Virus record (IMG/VR): IMGVR_UViG_3300007960_003098
Length of the DNA: 64,000 nt
Strand: one strand, 5' to 3'
Source of the DNA: an uncultured virus (IMG/VR IMGVR_UViG_3300007960_003098)
Lineage: Duplodnaviria > Heunggongvirae > Uroviricota > Caudoviricetes
Part shown: piece after piece, positions 45,172-54,992 of the stretch
Numbering within the stretch: position 1 is the stretch's first letter
Layout of the letters: the number at the start of each line of letters is the position of its first letter
The notes under the pieces: model-generated
The model's input: only the letters and a program-made list of their open reading frames with translations
The model's database searches: none
Told to the model about the DNA's origin: nothing
Program-made: the position numbers and the translations under genes

Positions 45172-46847
45172 TGCATCAATAGATATGTGCCTAGCACATC
45201 AGCACGATTAGCTGAATCGTCTCCGTCACCAGGAACAACTACTACGTTCCACAAGTTTCTAGCAAAAGTTCTATCACCGTCAGCATGTGCGCCACCTAAT
45301 GGTTTCTGCATCATTTCATCATAACTGATGATTGATTCGGGCTTGATAGAATACTTAGCCGCTAGACGCTCTTTGAAAGTATCCCAATCTTCTTCATCGT
45401 TCCATTGGATCCTTCCTTTTGCATCCTTTACCAACTTGACACCATCTTTTTGAATCAAGTCATTAAACAATTCTCTTGGAACAACAGTTGAGTGCTTGGT
45501 AGTACCGAAATCAACACGCTTCTGTTCTGCTTTTCTGGCGCCCATTGAGAAGTTGATCATAAAGTTAGGGGGACGATTTTGTGTAGAACCCGCTACATCA
45601 GCGATCTTGGTATAAGCATAGAAGTCTACAGTAGGGTGAGTGGCCGCTAACTTATAAGCCATGTCTAAGTATTCAGGTGAGAAGAAGTCTCCTGCATCGT
45701 GCCAGCGGATAGTTACTTTAGTCTTGTCTGCTTTAGCATCTGCTTTACGTTTTTCTGCGTCAATCTCAGAAGACAATTGCTCCATGAAGCCGCTTGGGTC
45801 GTTATACAAGAAGTTTAACATTCTTGTCTGACTTAATGACACTGACTTCCACTGAACGTATCCGCCCTTCATAGCGTAGCAGTATGTCTTACATTCGCCT
45901 GCTCCTGGGCATGTATTGATAATAATAAATTCTTTCTTAGCTTCATCGTAACCAAGACCAGTCAATGCAGGTAGACCAACATTATAGAAGATACTTGTAG
46001 TACCATCACTGTGTTGCATTTTTTCGTTTTGCTTGAGCAACTTTTTAGGTCTTTCAGAAATATCTCTGGCTAATTTTTTAAGGTCGTATTTGTTACCTTC
46101 TTGGTCAACGATAGGGATCACATTTGATCTGTGAACATAAGGTATCTTATACTTGTCTTGCTTGGTCTTGTCTTTGCTTAAGATACGATCTAAGTAAGCA
46201 GTCAATTCTTTTTCTGGAAATTTACGAACAAAAGAGCCTTTTAATGCTTCATCTACATCTGTTTTGATAGTATCTTTCCATCTTCTTTCACGTTGCACAT
46301 CATCTGCTTCTGGATCATCTTTGTCAGTGTCTTTTTTAACTGGCGGTTTAGCCTTCAACATTCTAGTTGCAAGATCATACTCTGTGCTATTTCTATGTTT
46401 AACTTCTTCAGCTACCCGTCTAGTATCGACATAACCTTTTCCTCCGCACTTTGGACATACAATTATTTCATCATTAGCATCGAACGTAGTGCCATCGCCC
46501 CAGCACTCAGTACATTCATATGTGCCGGGTTTAGGATCATTAGCAGCCGGTGGTCTTCTTGGAGGATTGGTCCATATTTCTTTTAAATCTTCATCATCGT
46601 TTTCTTTATCGGCTTTTTCGAAATCAGGCTTCACGCCTTTGCTACGCAAAAACTGATCTAGTGTCTGAACCTCAAATTCATCAACCATGCCATTTAGTGT
46701 TTCTTCAGCATGGGCATTGAATGGGGCGTTAGCTTTAACTAAGTCTGAAGTTGCGCCCGGGTTAGATTCCATTAAATTAATGGGTAAATTGGGCTTGACT
46801 TCAGTTGATTTCTCTGCTAAGATATCTATAATGTTACGTATGTCCAT
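45168..46847 (-). CDS. Gp88-like (radical-SAM-like) domain protein with Zn finger and CTS-like N-terminus
   Basis: TCPGAGECKTYCYA, IRWHDAGDFFS, FYAYTK, NFS; CTECWGDG/CPKCGGKG; minus-strand ATAAATA at about 46878-46884. Confidence 0.7.
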   Translation of the reverse strand: MDIRNIIDILAEKSTEVKPNLPINLMESNPGATSDLVKANAPFNAHAEETLNGMVDEFEVQTLDQFLRSKGVKPDFEKADKENDDEDLKEIWTNPPRRPPAANDPKPGTYECTECWGDGTTFDANDEIIVCPKCGGKGYVDTRRVAEEVKHRNSTEYDLATRMLKAKPPVKKDTDKDDPEADDVQRERRWKDTIKTDVDEALKGSFVRKFPEKELTAYLDRILSKDKTKQDKYKIPYVHRSNVIPIVDQEGNKYDLKKLARDISERPKKLLKQNEKMQHSDGTTSIFYNVGLPALTGLGYDEAKKEFIIINTCPGAGECKTYCYAMKGGYVQWKSVSLSQTRMLNFLYNDPSGFMEQLSSEIDAEKRKADAKADKTKVTIRWHDAGDFFSPEYLDMAYKLAATHPTVDFYAYTKIADVAGSTQNRPPNFMINFSMGARKAEQKRVDFGTTKHSTVVPRELFNDLIQKDGVKLVKDAKGRIQWNDEEDWDTFKERLAAKYSIKPESIISYDEMMQKPLGGAHADGDRTFARNLWNVVVVPGDGDDSANRADVLGTYLLMH

Positions 46848-46885
46848 AGTTTTAGTGTTCCACTCATTATATAGAGTATTTATGC

Positions 46886-47917
46886 ATGTTTTTAAATAAC
46901 GAGATAAAACGGATCGGCTTTGCTTGCAAGTGGGTCGAAGAACATCCTAAGAAGGGTATTGTGTCTGTAGAGGGTCTGAACACTGGCGGCACTACACTTA
47001 CTTGGCTCAAGAACAATCCTAGCAAAGCAGAAGAAAAGATGTGGGAAGTGATGACTAAAAACATCACTAATACATACAATCTAGTCAAGCAAGTGTCAGA
47101 ATTACCCCAACCTCTGCGTATGGTTCGTCTTACTAGCGATATGATGACCGCATATACACATGATGATTGGGCATACTTTTACAAGAGGCCTGACGTAATC
47201 AACGAGATGGAGCGATTGTTTGCGCCAATCGGTGAGCTAGCACGTGCTAAGAATGTACGGCTATCGTTTCATCCGGGTCAGTTTACTGTTCTTGCATCTG
47301 AAAGCGATAATATCGTAAACAACAGCATCAAAGAGTTTGAGTATCACGTAGACATGGCACGTGCAATGGGCTATGGTAAGCAGTTTCAGGACTTCAAGAT
47401 CAACGTACATATCTCGGGTCGCAGAGGTCCTCAAGGTATCAAAGACGTACTTGGTAGGCTCACACCCGAGGCACGTAATACAATCACAATCGAAAATGAC
47501 GAAATGTCGTGGGGACTTGACGCAAGCCTAGAACTTGTAGATCACTGTGCGCTAGTGCTAGACATACATCATCATTGGGTAAAGACAGGAGAATACATTG
47601 AACCTACTGACGACCGTATTAAAAGGGTTATTGATAGCTGGCGCGGGGTGCGTCCTGTTATTCATTACTCAGTATCAAGGGAAGACGTATTGCCCGGGCA
47701 CTGCGGGGACACTAGACCCGATATTGACACGTTGCTAGAATCAGGACACAAAAAGCAAAAGCTACGAGCGCATTCTGACTTCTATTGGAACGATGCAGTC
47801 AACCAATGGGCAGTATCACACAACGAGTGGGCCGACATCATGTGCGAGTCTAAGGCTAAAAATTTAGCCAGCATCAAGTTGTATGATACATACATTAAGA
47901 GGGATTCTAATGTTTGA
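46886..47917 (+). CDS. uvsE: UV-damage endonuclease UvsE/UVDE
   Basis: RIGFACK, RLSFHPGQF, IENDE, LDIHHHW, HYS, RAHSD, MCESKAK. Confidence 0.93.
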   Translation: MFLNNEIKRIGFACKWVEEHPKKGIVSVEGLNTGGTTLTWLKNNPSKAEEKMWEVMTKNITNTYNLVKQVSELPQPLRMVRLTSDMMTAYTHDDWAYFYKRPDVINEMERLFAPIGELARAKNVRLSFHPGQFTVLASESDNIVNNSIKEFEYHVDMARAMGYGKQFQDFKINVHISGRRGPQGIKDVLGRLTPEARNTITIENDEMSWGLDASLELVDHCALVLDIHHHWVKTGEYIEPTDDRIKRVIDSWRGVRPVIHYSVSREDVLPGHCGDTRPDIDTLLESGHKKQKLRAHSDFYWNDAVNQWAVSHNEWADIMCESKAKNLASIKLYDTYIKRDSNV

Positions 47918-48317
47918 AAATATCAAAAAATTTTTTAAAAAAGAGGAACCTAAACCAGAGCCAAAAGCTAGGCCTAAAAAACTGTCAGCAAAAGAACAGG
48001 CTACAAAAAACAATGAACCATATGTTTCCATTGTTAAAGTAAATGTAGACCCTGAGAATGTAGGGAACGGTGCTTTTGAACTTGATTGGAACGACAAGTT
48101 TTTATTGAATCTTATCAAAGCTGGTTATAAGGTAAAAGCAGACGATACTGACAATATGATCGTAGATCGTTGGTTCCAAAGCGTTTGTAGAAATATAGCC
48201 TTAGAGTTGTATGAACAAGATCAAGCAGATCCTGCAAATCGTGATCCTATCACGGGTGCAGAGATGCGTGTAGTAAAATCTAAAGATATAGGCAATGGAT
48301 ATAGTGAGGTAAGTTGA
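47910..48317 (+). CDS. Conserved-looking phage hypothetical protein
   Basis: RBS GAGGG; GAFELDWND, IVDRWF. Confidence 0.6.
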   Translation: MFENIKKFFKKEEPKPEPKARPKKLSAKEQATKNNEPYVSIVKVNVDPENVGNGAFELDWNDKFLLNLIKAGYKVKADDTDNMIVDRWFQSVCRNIALELYEQDQADPANRDPITGAEMRVVKSKDIGNGYSEVS

Positions 48318-48640
48318 TGTCTGATGAAATGATCGATATGGTATTTTGTAAGAAGTATCAAAAAGAACTCCCAGCTATGAAGTTTCCACCGCTACCAGGA
48401 GAAGCTGGTAAAGAGTTAATGAAAACTGTTTCTCAAAAAGCATTTGATGATTGGAAAGCATTCCAAACTATGCTAATCAATGAGAACCGTATAGACCTAT
48501 CTTCTAAAGAAAGCAGAGCATGGTTGGTCGAACAGATGCACAAGTTCTTCAACAACCAAGAGATTGCTAAAGTAGAAGGGTACGTAGAACCAAAATCTCC
48601 TGTACAAGAGTTTGTTCCTCCCTTTAACGACCAAATCTGA
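48314..48640 (+). CDS. yggX: Fe(II)-trafficking / oxidative damage protection protein YggX
   Basis: MVFCKKYQKE, PPLPGEAG, VSQKAFDDW, QTMLINENR, EGYV. Confidence 0.9.
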   Translation: MMSDEMIDMVFCKKYQKELPAMKFPPLPGEAGKELMKTVSQKAFDDWKAFQTMLINENRIDLSSKESRAWLVEQMHKFFNNQEIAKVEGYVEPKSPVQEFVPPFNDQI

Positions 48641-48664
48641 TTTACCCAAAAGCTGAAATAAGGC

Positions 48665-48693
48665 TTGCAATATACGTAGTTTTTGCGTATAAT
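48665..48693 (+). promoter_or_regulatory. Sigma70-type promoter (plus TAAATA at about 48712)
   Basis: TTGCAA-N17-TATAAT. Confidence 0.7.
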
Positions 48694-48730
48694 GTATGTA
48701 TATTCGTTGATAAATACATCTGGAGCCTTA

Positions 48731-49732
48731 ATGAAATACGCACTAATCGACACTGCAAACACGTTCTTCCGTGCCCGGCATATTGCTAGTCGCAATAGTG
48801 ACACTTGGGAAAAGATCGGTATGGCTTTTCACTTGATGTTTGGATCTGTCAATTCTTCTGTTAGGCGTTTTGGTGTTGATCATGTTGTATTTTGTCTTGA
48901 GGGTCGCAGTTGGCGTAAAGAATTTTATACACCATACAAAGCCAATCGTAAACTAGACGAACAGGCTATGACTGAAGCAGAACTTGAAGAAAACAAGATG
49001 TTCTGGGAGACATATGAAACGTTCACAGACTATCTTAATAACAAGACCAACTGTAGCGTGTTACGTGAACCCAACGCAGAAGCAGACGATCTAATTGCTC
49101 GGTTCATTGCATTGCACCCTGATGATGAACATATTATCTGTTCATCTGATACTGACTTCTTGCAATTGCTTGCACCCAATGTAACTCAGTATAACGGTGT
49201 AGCAAATCAATACATCACACTTGAAGGTTACTTTGACGAGAAAGATCGTCCTGTCAAGGACAAAAAGACAGGTGAACCCAAGGGTCTTGAAGATCCCATG
49301 TTTATCTTGTTTGAAAAGTGTATGCGAGGTGATGCTACTGACAATGTGTTCAGCGCATATCCCGGTGTACGCAAGAAAGGTAGCAAGAACAAAACAGGTT
49401 TGCTTGAAGCATGGGAAGATAAAGAAAAAGGTGGATTCAATTGGAACAACATTATGTTGCAACGTTGGGTCGATCATGAGGGCGTGGAACATAGGGTTCG
49501 TGATGATTACGAGCGCAACCGCACTCTTATCGACCTCACGGCACAACCCAATGCAGTCAAAGAAAAAGTAGATACTTGCATCAAGACAGGTGTGCGTGTA
49601 GAAAATATACCCCAAGTAGGGATTCACTTTATGCGATTCTGTGGTAAGTACGAACTCAATCGTATGAGTGAGCAAGCAGATGCATATGCAAAATGGCTTA
49701 ACAGTCCATATAAAGGCAAACTCATAGAATAG
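48731..49732 (+). CDS. rnh: T4 RNase H-like 5'-3' exonuclease (FEN family)
   Basis: LIDTAN, SWRK...YKANR, EADDLI, SSDTDFLQL, GDATDNV, RNRTLIDL. Confidence 0.9.
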   Translation: MKYALIDTANTFFRARHIASRNSDTWEKIGMAFHLMFGSVNSSVRRFGVDHVVFCLEGRSWRKEFYTPYKANRKLDEQAMTEAELEENKMFWETYETFTDYLNNKTNCSVLREPNAEADDLIARFIALHPDDEHIICSSDTDFLQLLAPNVTQYNGVANQYITLEGYFDEKDRPVKDKKTGEPKGLEDPMFILFEKCMRGDATDNVFSAYPGVRKKGSKNKTGLLEAWEDKEKGGFNWNNIMLQRWVDHEGVEHRVRDDYERNRTLIDLTAQPNAVKEKVDTCIKTGVRVENIPQVGIHFMRFCGKYELNRMSEQADAYAKWLNSPYKGKLIE

Positions 49733-49764
49733 AAAGAATTATGAATATACCTATAGGAGAAAAA

Positions 49765-50229
49765 ATGATTTTAGACGTAGAACTTTATGCTAAACCAATA
49801 GAGGATGGACAGTTTTGGATTCTTACTGACGGTGAAAAGAAAGTAGGAAACGTGTGTGCTAATCACGCAGGATTTGGTGTAGAGTTACAAGGTAGCTTTT
49901 TTCAATTCACTAATACTAGAGAAATCGAACGCAAAACCAAGATCAAGTTTCTAAACAGAGAAAAGACAAAGACCAAGGTAAATACCCCGTACCCAGAATA
50001 TCCAGCCACTGCTAGAACTTATAATTCAGTATTCGATGTCAAGCGTGGACTGCACGTATTTACCAAGACTAGAAAAAGTAAATGTTTTCATGCGGCAGGA
50101 TGGTTTGTAGTAGAGCATAACGGTATCAATCAAGTAATGTTCTGTCCTAAATATATTTTTATTCAGCGTTATCCCTACATTGGTCCGTTTAAAACGGAAC
50201 AGGAAGCGAAAGCACAGATAAATATATAA
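49765..50229 (+). CDS. Hypothetical protein
   Basis: RBS AGGAG before MILDV. Confidence 0.6.
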   Translation: MILDVELYAKPIEDGQFWILTDGEKKVGNVCANHAGFGVELQGSFFQFTNTREIERKTKIKFLNREKTKTKVNTPYPEYPATARTYNSVFDVKRGLHVFTKTRKSKCFHAAGWFVVEHNGINQVMFCPKYIFIQRYPYIGPFKTEQEAKAQINI

Positions 50230-50238
50230 GAATCCTAC

Positions 50239-50442
50239 ATGCTTCACATAAAGAATTTTATAAATAAAATGTCAGCTATGGAGGGTAAAAAGTCCAAGGA
50301 TGTAGTCCTACCGATCAATGACGCTAAAGGATTGAGGGACGATATCTGCAAACTACTTGCGGACTTGCATGAATTGAATAGAGAAAAAAATAATGAAGAA
50401 GAAGTTATCAACGTTTCAGTTAAAGGCGGCGGATTTAGATGA
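50239..50442 (+). CDS. Hypothetical protein
   Basis: TAAATA at about 50219; C-terminal GGGF. Confidence 0.6.
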   Translation: MLHIKNFINKMSAMEGKKSKDVVLPINDAKGLRDDICKLLADLHELNREKNNEEEVINVSVKGGGFR

Positions 50443-50738
50443 GTAGATCACAACCGTCTGTAATACTGGAATTTGTAGACAAAGAAACATACAAATGCGA
50501 CCAAATCATCGAAGCGTCTGGAATTTGGGCCGTGTTCTATGATGATCAACCTATTAATCTTAAATCGTCACATTACCTAGCAAATGATGCCGCGCCTAAA
50601 TATAAAAAGACCAGCTTTTCTAATCCCGGTCATGCTAGAAATTTGTGCAGAAAATTAAATGCACAATTCAAGACGGACAAGTTTACTGTGGTCTTTATGA
50701 ATTCAGGACGCACAGTATACCCCGATGAACTTTCATAA
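50439..50738 (+). CDS. Hypothetical protein
   Basis: ATGA overlap; PKYKKTSFSNPGHA. Confidence 0.65.
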   Translation: MSRSQPSVILEFVDKETYKCDQIIEASGIWAVFYDDQPINLKSSHYLANDAAPKYKKTSFSNPGHARNLCRKLNAQFKTDKFTVVFMNSGRTVYPDELS

Positions 50739-51171
50739 GTCTAAAGAAGAAATCACAGAAGCCGTACTAAAAGAATTGCCCTTATCAAAGTGGCATAGAC
50801 TATCGCTCGACAAAGTTGTATTTCAATGGTGGCAGACAGGCAGGGGAGGTCAAGGTCTCAGATTATCGGACGTAGGGTATCTCGCCTTTACCGAAGCAAA
50901 AATTGCCGGTTGGGACTTTGACATACAGATCAAATCTAAGTCAACCAAAAAGAAGATGGGCGGTGTTACCAGAATGACCGTAGCCATTCATCAACAGTTT
51001 ATCACAGAGCTAAGTAAAAAAGTAAAGTGTCCATACTATATAGGTGTAGATAAAGCAGAAAAAATACCCAGATCATTTATAAAAATCTACGATCACAAAA
51101 CAGCTATGATGATCACTTTATACGGTTCTCTAATGGACTATCTTGAGGCTCAAGACAGAAAGTTACAATAG
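50725..51171 (+). CDS. Hypothetical protein
   Basis: ORF packing; GLRLSDVG. Confidence 0.6.
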   Translation: MNFHKSKEEITEAVLKELPLSKWHRLSLDKVVFQWWQTGRGGQGLRLSDVGYLAFTEAKIAGWDFDIQIKSKSTKKKMGGVTRMTVAIHQQFITELSKKVKCPYYIGVDKAEKIPRSFIKIYDHKTAMMITLYGSLMDYLEAQDRKLQ

Positions 51172-51317
51172 GGTATCATTTTGCTTCTATAAGTAACAGA
51201 TAAAAATAACTTTTAGTAACACAGGCATAAATAGCAGTGAATGAAGGTGTTTAAGAGTAAGTATTCTTTACGCATTTTAAAAACCTAATTTCTTAATTGA
51301 GAACACACGGAGACACA

Positions 51318-51473
51318 ATGAACGCAATTAAATCCTTAGCACGTAACAGCAACAAAAAACTTGTAAAACTTATTACTGAATGTGATGGTAGATTCTGCGA
51401 AGATGTCGGTATGGCGGCATTGGGCATTACAACAATCGCTATCATGTTCAGCGCAATTTCTCAAATTGCTTAA
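51318..51473 (+). CDS. 51-aa small membrane protein (not in ORF track)
   Basis: RBS GGAG; MNAIKSLARNSNKKLVKLITECDGRFCEDVGMAALGITTIAIMFSAISQIA; own promoter motif and terminator. Confidence 0.7.
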   Translation: MNAIKSLARNSNKKLVKLITECDGRFCEDVGMAALGITTIAIMFSAISQIA

Positions 51474-51484
51474 CTTGCAGTAGG

Positions 51485-51512
51485 TATGCCCGGGCTTTCC
51501 GGGCATATTTTT
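51485..51512 (+). terminator. Rho-independent terminator
   Basis: TATGCCCGG-gcttt-CCGGGCATA followed by TTTTT. Confidence 0.85.
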
Positions 51513-51525
51513 GGGTAACCAGGAC

Positions 51526-51554
51526 TTGACTTTCTGGGCTTATTAGTTTACTAT
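51526..51554 (+). promoter_or_regulatory. Sigma70-type promoter
   Basis: TTGACT-N17-TACTAT. Confidence 0.6.
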
Positions 51555-51586
51555 ACAGTATAGTTAAAACTAACACAGGCACACAC

Positions 51587-53362
51587 ATGATATTACAATC
51601 TTTAACTACGGTACAAAAGTATCTTGTTGTTACTTTTTGTTGCGCCCTTATTTCTGGATGCGGCGGCGGTGGAGGGGACTCTAGCGTTGGAGCCGCACTT
51701 ATAGGAGGCGGTATAGGAGGCGGAGGGTCCGGTGGCGGGAGTTCAAGTAACACACCTGCTCCTCAAATTACTTCTTTAACAGCGACACCTTCTGTTGCTG
51801 AAGTAGGAGAAACTCTTACAATATCTTGGGCATCTTCAAATGCTACTAGTTGTACTGCAACTGGTGACTGGTCTGGTTCAAAAGACACATCAGGCACAGA
51901 ATCATTCACTGCAACCAAAGAACAAACTTACAATATTGGACTCACGTGTTCAGGTAACGGGTCTGACAGTAAAGTTGTTTATGTAGAAGTAGATGACCCA
52001 TACACTGAAGGCACTTGTGTTAACCCCCATACCGCAGAATTCAACAAAGATTTTATGGGCGATTTTGATATTCCGGTTCCGTACGGTGTAGTTCCAGACG
52101 GATCTGTGAAATCAGTAGGTCTAAAAGATTATGGTGTTCGATGGATATATCAAAACTATAGTCAATTTACTGACGAAGATTGGATAGATAATTGCACAGT
52201 TGAGCAGTATTCAAAATTACAGTATCGACTTACATTAATGCGGTTAAAAGAACATGGAGTAGAGGAAGTAACATTATACAATTTTGGTAGATGGGAAGAC
52301 GCTCATGCCGCACAATGGACTGTTGCAAAAGAAACTATGCATTTTACCCGTGCTGACTTAGAATACATCGCACAAACTGCTCAATCTTTGGGCTTGAAAT
52401 TAAAACTTACTCTGCAATTGTTACCAGTAGATAAAAACAACGTATGGCTGTTTCCGTTTGACGGTCAACTATTAGTCGATAGAAATTTGATTAATAAGTT
52501 GATGGACGCCTGGGAAAAAACAATTGTTGAGGCTGCTAAGGAAGCAGAATTTTTAGGATTTTCTAGTATCTCAGCAGATTGGAGTGCTATGTATGTTTGT
52601 TTCTGTGGCTTAGAAAATCAATATGGTTATGGACATCCTGAACGTGAAGCCATGAAGGATATCTATATGAGCAGAATGTCAGAGATCATAGACCAAATAA
52701 GAAATGAATTTCGCGGCGATATCTATGCAGGCGATGGCATGATTTGGAATGATCGGCGAGTTATCGATAAAGTAGATTATGTGTATCTAAGTTTCGGTAA
52801 TATTCTTAATGAAGAAGAAAATAAAAATCCTACACTTGAACTGTTGACTACAAAAATACAAGATGGTTTGGAACGATTTTATTATAATTGGTACTGTTTA
52901 GACGGCCAATATTGTCCACCTAACCCATCTAATCGTAATGTTCCTTGGGTTGTACAATTGTATCATCAAAGTACTAGAAACTTTTTGCATACTGGTTGGG
53001 TAGAAGATGGATTTTGTACTGATGGTCAACCCGGAGATATGGGTGGTGCCACAAATGCCGGAGAAGATCGGTGTGTCCAATATGATGTAGATACAGATTT
53101 TTCGTTACAAGCATTAGCAACTGAAGCAACCCTTAGAGCGGTATATCTACAAACAATTTGGACTAACATACGAGGTGTTACTACAAGTACTGCATATTGG
53201 TTGTCAGATTCTTTGCAGCCGGCTGAAGGACAAACAAGACAACGAACTATCGAAGGGTTCCCAAATATCTCTCAATCTATCAGGGGCAAGCCTGCTGAAA
53301 AGATTTTGAAGTACTGGTATACTGGTGAGTACGAAGTATATGACCCAAAATTCATTGACTAA
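51587..53362 (+). CDS. Lipoprotein with Ig-like domain and TIM-barrel glycoside-hydrolase-like domain
   Basis: Lipobox LISGC plus Gly linker; TISWASSNATSCTATGDWSG Ig-like repeat; LKEHGVEEV, IRNEFRGDIY, QALATEA, IRGKPAEKILKYWY (GH113-like pattern). Confidence 0.65.
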   Translation: MILQSLTTVQKYLVVTFCCALISGCGGGGGDSSVGAALIGGGIGGGGSGGGSSSNTPAPQITSLTATPSVAEVGETLTISWASSNATSCTATGDWSGSKDTSGTESFTATKEQTYNIGLTCSGNGSDSKVVYVEVDDPYTEGTCVNPHTAEFNKDFMGDFDIPVPYGVVPDGSVKSVGLKDYGVRWIYQNYSQFTDEDWIDNCTVEQYSKLQYRLTLMRLKEHGVEEVTLYNFGRWEDAHAAQWTVAKETMHFTRADLEYIAQTAQSLGLKLKLTLQLLPVDKNNVWLFPFDGQLLVDRNLINKLMDAWEKTIVEAAKEAEFLGFSSISADWSAMYVCFCGLENQYGYGHPEREAMKDIYMSRMSEIIDQIRNEFRGDIYAGDGMIWNDRRVIDKVDYVYLSFGNILNEEENKNPTLELLTTKIQDGLERFYYNWYCLDGQYCPPNPSNRNVPWVVQLYHQSTRNFLHTGWVEDGFCTDGQPGDMGGATNAGEDRCVQYDVDTDFSLQALATEATLRAVYLQTIWTNIRGVTTSTAYWLSDSLQPAEGQTRQRTIEGFPNISQSIRGKPAEKILKYWYTGEYEVYDPKFID

Positions 53363-53389
53363 TTGTATGCACGGGTATACTATAAAATC

Positions 53390-53734
53390 ATGAGCATCTT
53401 AAACGAAGGCAGATACAAGGGTAACCTAGCGTGGGTAGGTCAGCTACTCCACAATGATGGGTTCCAAGCCCTTCATGATTGGATTAAGACGCTACCACAA
53501 ACTGACAAAGATGATGTCAGATTCATGATGGAATTGCTTGCTAGAGAAGTAAGCAAAGTTGCAAAAGAAAGTGAACCTGCTAAGATCGATGAGCCGGTTC
53601 TCAAAAAACCAAACAAGCCAAAGATGTCTAAGCCCGGAATGCAAGGTCTAGTCGAAGCTGAAAAAGTTGTTAGAATGAAGCCGAAACTTAGGCTAGTAAA
53701 GCCTCCAGTTGATCCTAAAGGTCCAAATAAATAA
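53390..53734 (+). CDS. Hypothetical protein
   Basis: Sigma70-type TTGACT-N17-TACTAT at 53355-53383 upstream. Confidence 0.55.
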   Translation: MSILNEGRYKGNLAWVGQLLHNDGFQALHDWIKTLPQTDKDDVRFMMELLAREVSKVAKESEPAKIDEPVLKKPNKPKMSKPGMQGLVEAEKVVRMKPKLRLVKPPVDPKGPNK

Positions 53735-53753
53735 AGGAAATAGGTTACTTTTA

Positions 53754-54992
53754 ATGAGTGAAGAAGATTTATGGATATGGAACAAACTGCACTGGTACAA
53801 CTTCCCTGATTTAGAAGAACTACCGGCTTCTCAAGACGAACACTTAACGAAAAGAATTTTACCTTCTGTTAACTTTAATAACAATAATCCAACATACATA
53901 TATCTTTGGAATGGTAGAATCAGAGAACTTGAAAAAATCAACCACTCCGAAGAAACGGTGGCCTATTTAAATAAGGTAGGAGTGACATTTTATCTTAATG
54001 AACCCCTCTGCATAGGTCACAGCAACACTACCGGAGATCATTCGTTAATATTTTATACTGAGTTTGACGGCACCGAAGATCCTGAGAATCTACGTGCTGA
54101 CGAATTGACTAGTATACGATACTATATCATTAGAAATAAACTAACAAATGTCACCGTAAAAACATGTGACTATGATGCAGGCAAATTTTTACCGTATTAC
54201 GCTAAATGGATGAAAGTAGAATGCGAAGACACTTTTGTCAGAAACGCGGCTATGGTAAATGTTGAAGACGATTCTTTCTCATCCGATTTCAATAAAAAGT
54301 TCATAAACTTAAATTGGCGGTGGACTCCTCATAGAAACATCATCGCCGCATATCTTGTTAATAGTTCTTCTACTATCAGTTTTTTTTACAAAACTAATTT
54401 AGAAAGATTGACTAGCCTGCCGTGGTTTGATTTAAACAATTGTCCAAAAGAATATAAAGATAGAATTTATGAGGGATTATCTACCATAGATGATAAGGGA
54501 CCTTTTTGTTTAGACGTACAGTTTGATAATCTAATAGATAGTATTGCAGAACCGTATCCTGTAAACACGACAGTAGACTCATATCTTGATCCTTCGGTAG
54601 AACCCATCACTATCGAAAAATTTTACAAGGACATTTTTTGTGATGTAGTCACAGAATCGAGGTTCGCTCAACCTACAGCAAATTACAGCGAGAAGTCTCA
54701 TCAACCCATGTGGTATAAAAAACCATTCATTGTGATGGCTCCACCAAAGACATTACAATATCTACGTGAGCAGGGCTTCCAGACATTCAGTGATTTCTGG
54801 GACGAGAGCTATGACTTGTGTGAAAATCACCAAGAAAGATTATTTAAAATTTTCGAGGTGATCAAATATATTGAAAGCAAGTCTATAGAAGAATTGCGAG
54901 TTATGCATGAAGCCATGAAGCCAGTGCTACTACACAATCATAGCCAGTTAAGAATCAATATCTATGACTGGCTAGGATCTAGTAAAGACTAG
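53754..54992 (+). CDS. Glycosyltransferase-like hypothetical protein
   Basis: KKFINLN...HR; DVVTES; SEKS..P; KKPFIV; LREQGFQTFSDFWDESYD (GT-B-like C-terminal domain). Confidence 0.55.
   Translation: MSEEDLWIWNKLHWYNFPDLEELPASQDEHLTKRILPSVNFNNNNPTYIYLWNGRIRELEKINHSEETVAYLNKVGVTFYLNEPLCIGHSNTTGDHSLIFYTEFDGTEDPENLRADELTSIRYYIIRNKLTNVTVKTCDYDAGKFLPYYAKWMKVECEDTFVRNAAMVNVEDDSFSSDFNKKFINLNWRWTPHRNIIAAYLVNSSSTISFFYKTNLERLTSLPWFDLNNCPKEYKDRIYEGLSTIDDKGPFCLDVQFDNLIDSIAEPYPVNTTVDSYLDPSVEPITIEKFYKDIFCDVVTESRFAQPTANYSEKSHQPMWYKKPFIVMAPPKTLQYLREQGFQTFSDFWDESYDLCENHQERLFKIFEVIKYIESKSIEELRVMHEAMKPVLLHNHSQLRINIYDWLGSSKD

Noticed and set aside
51660..51745. GC-rich GGC/GGA repeats and the opposite-strand Pro-rich ORF 51448-51753
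   Set aside because: Gly linker after the lipobox; the antisense ORF is a shadow
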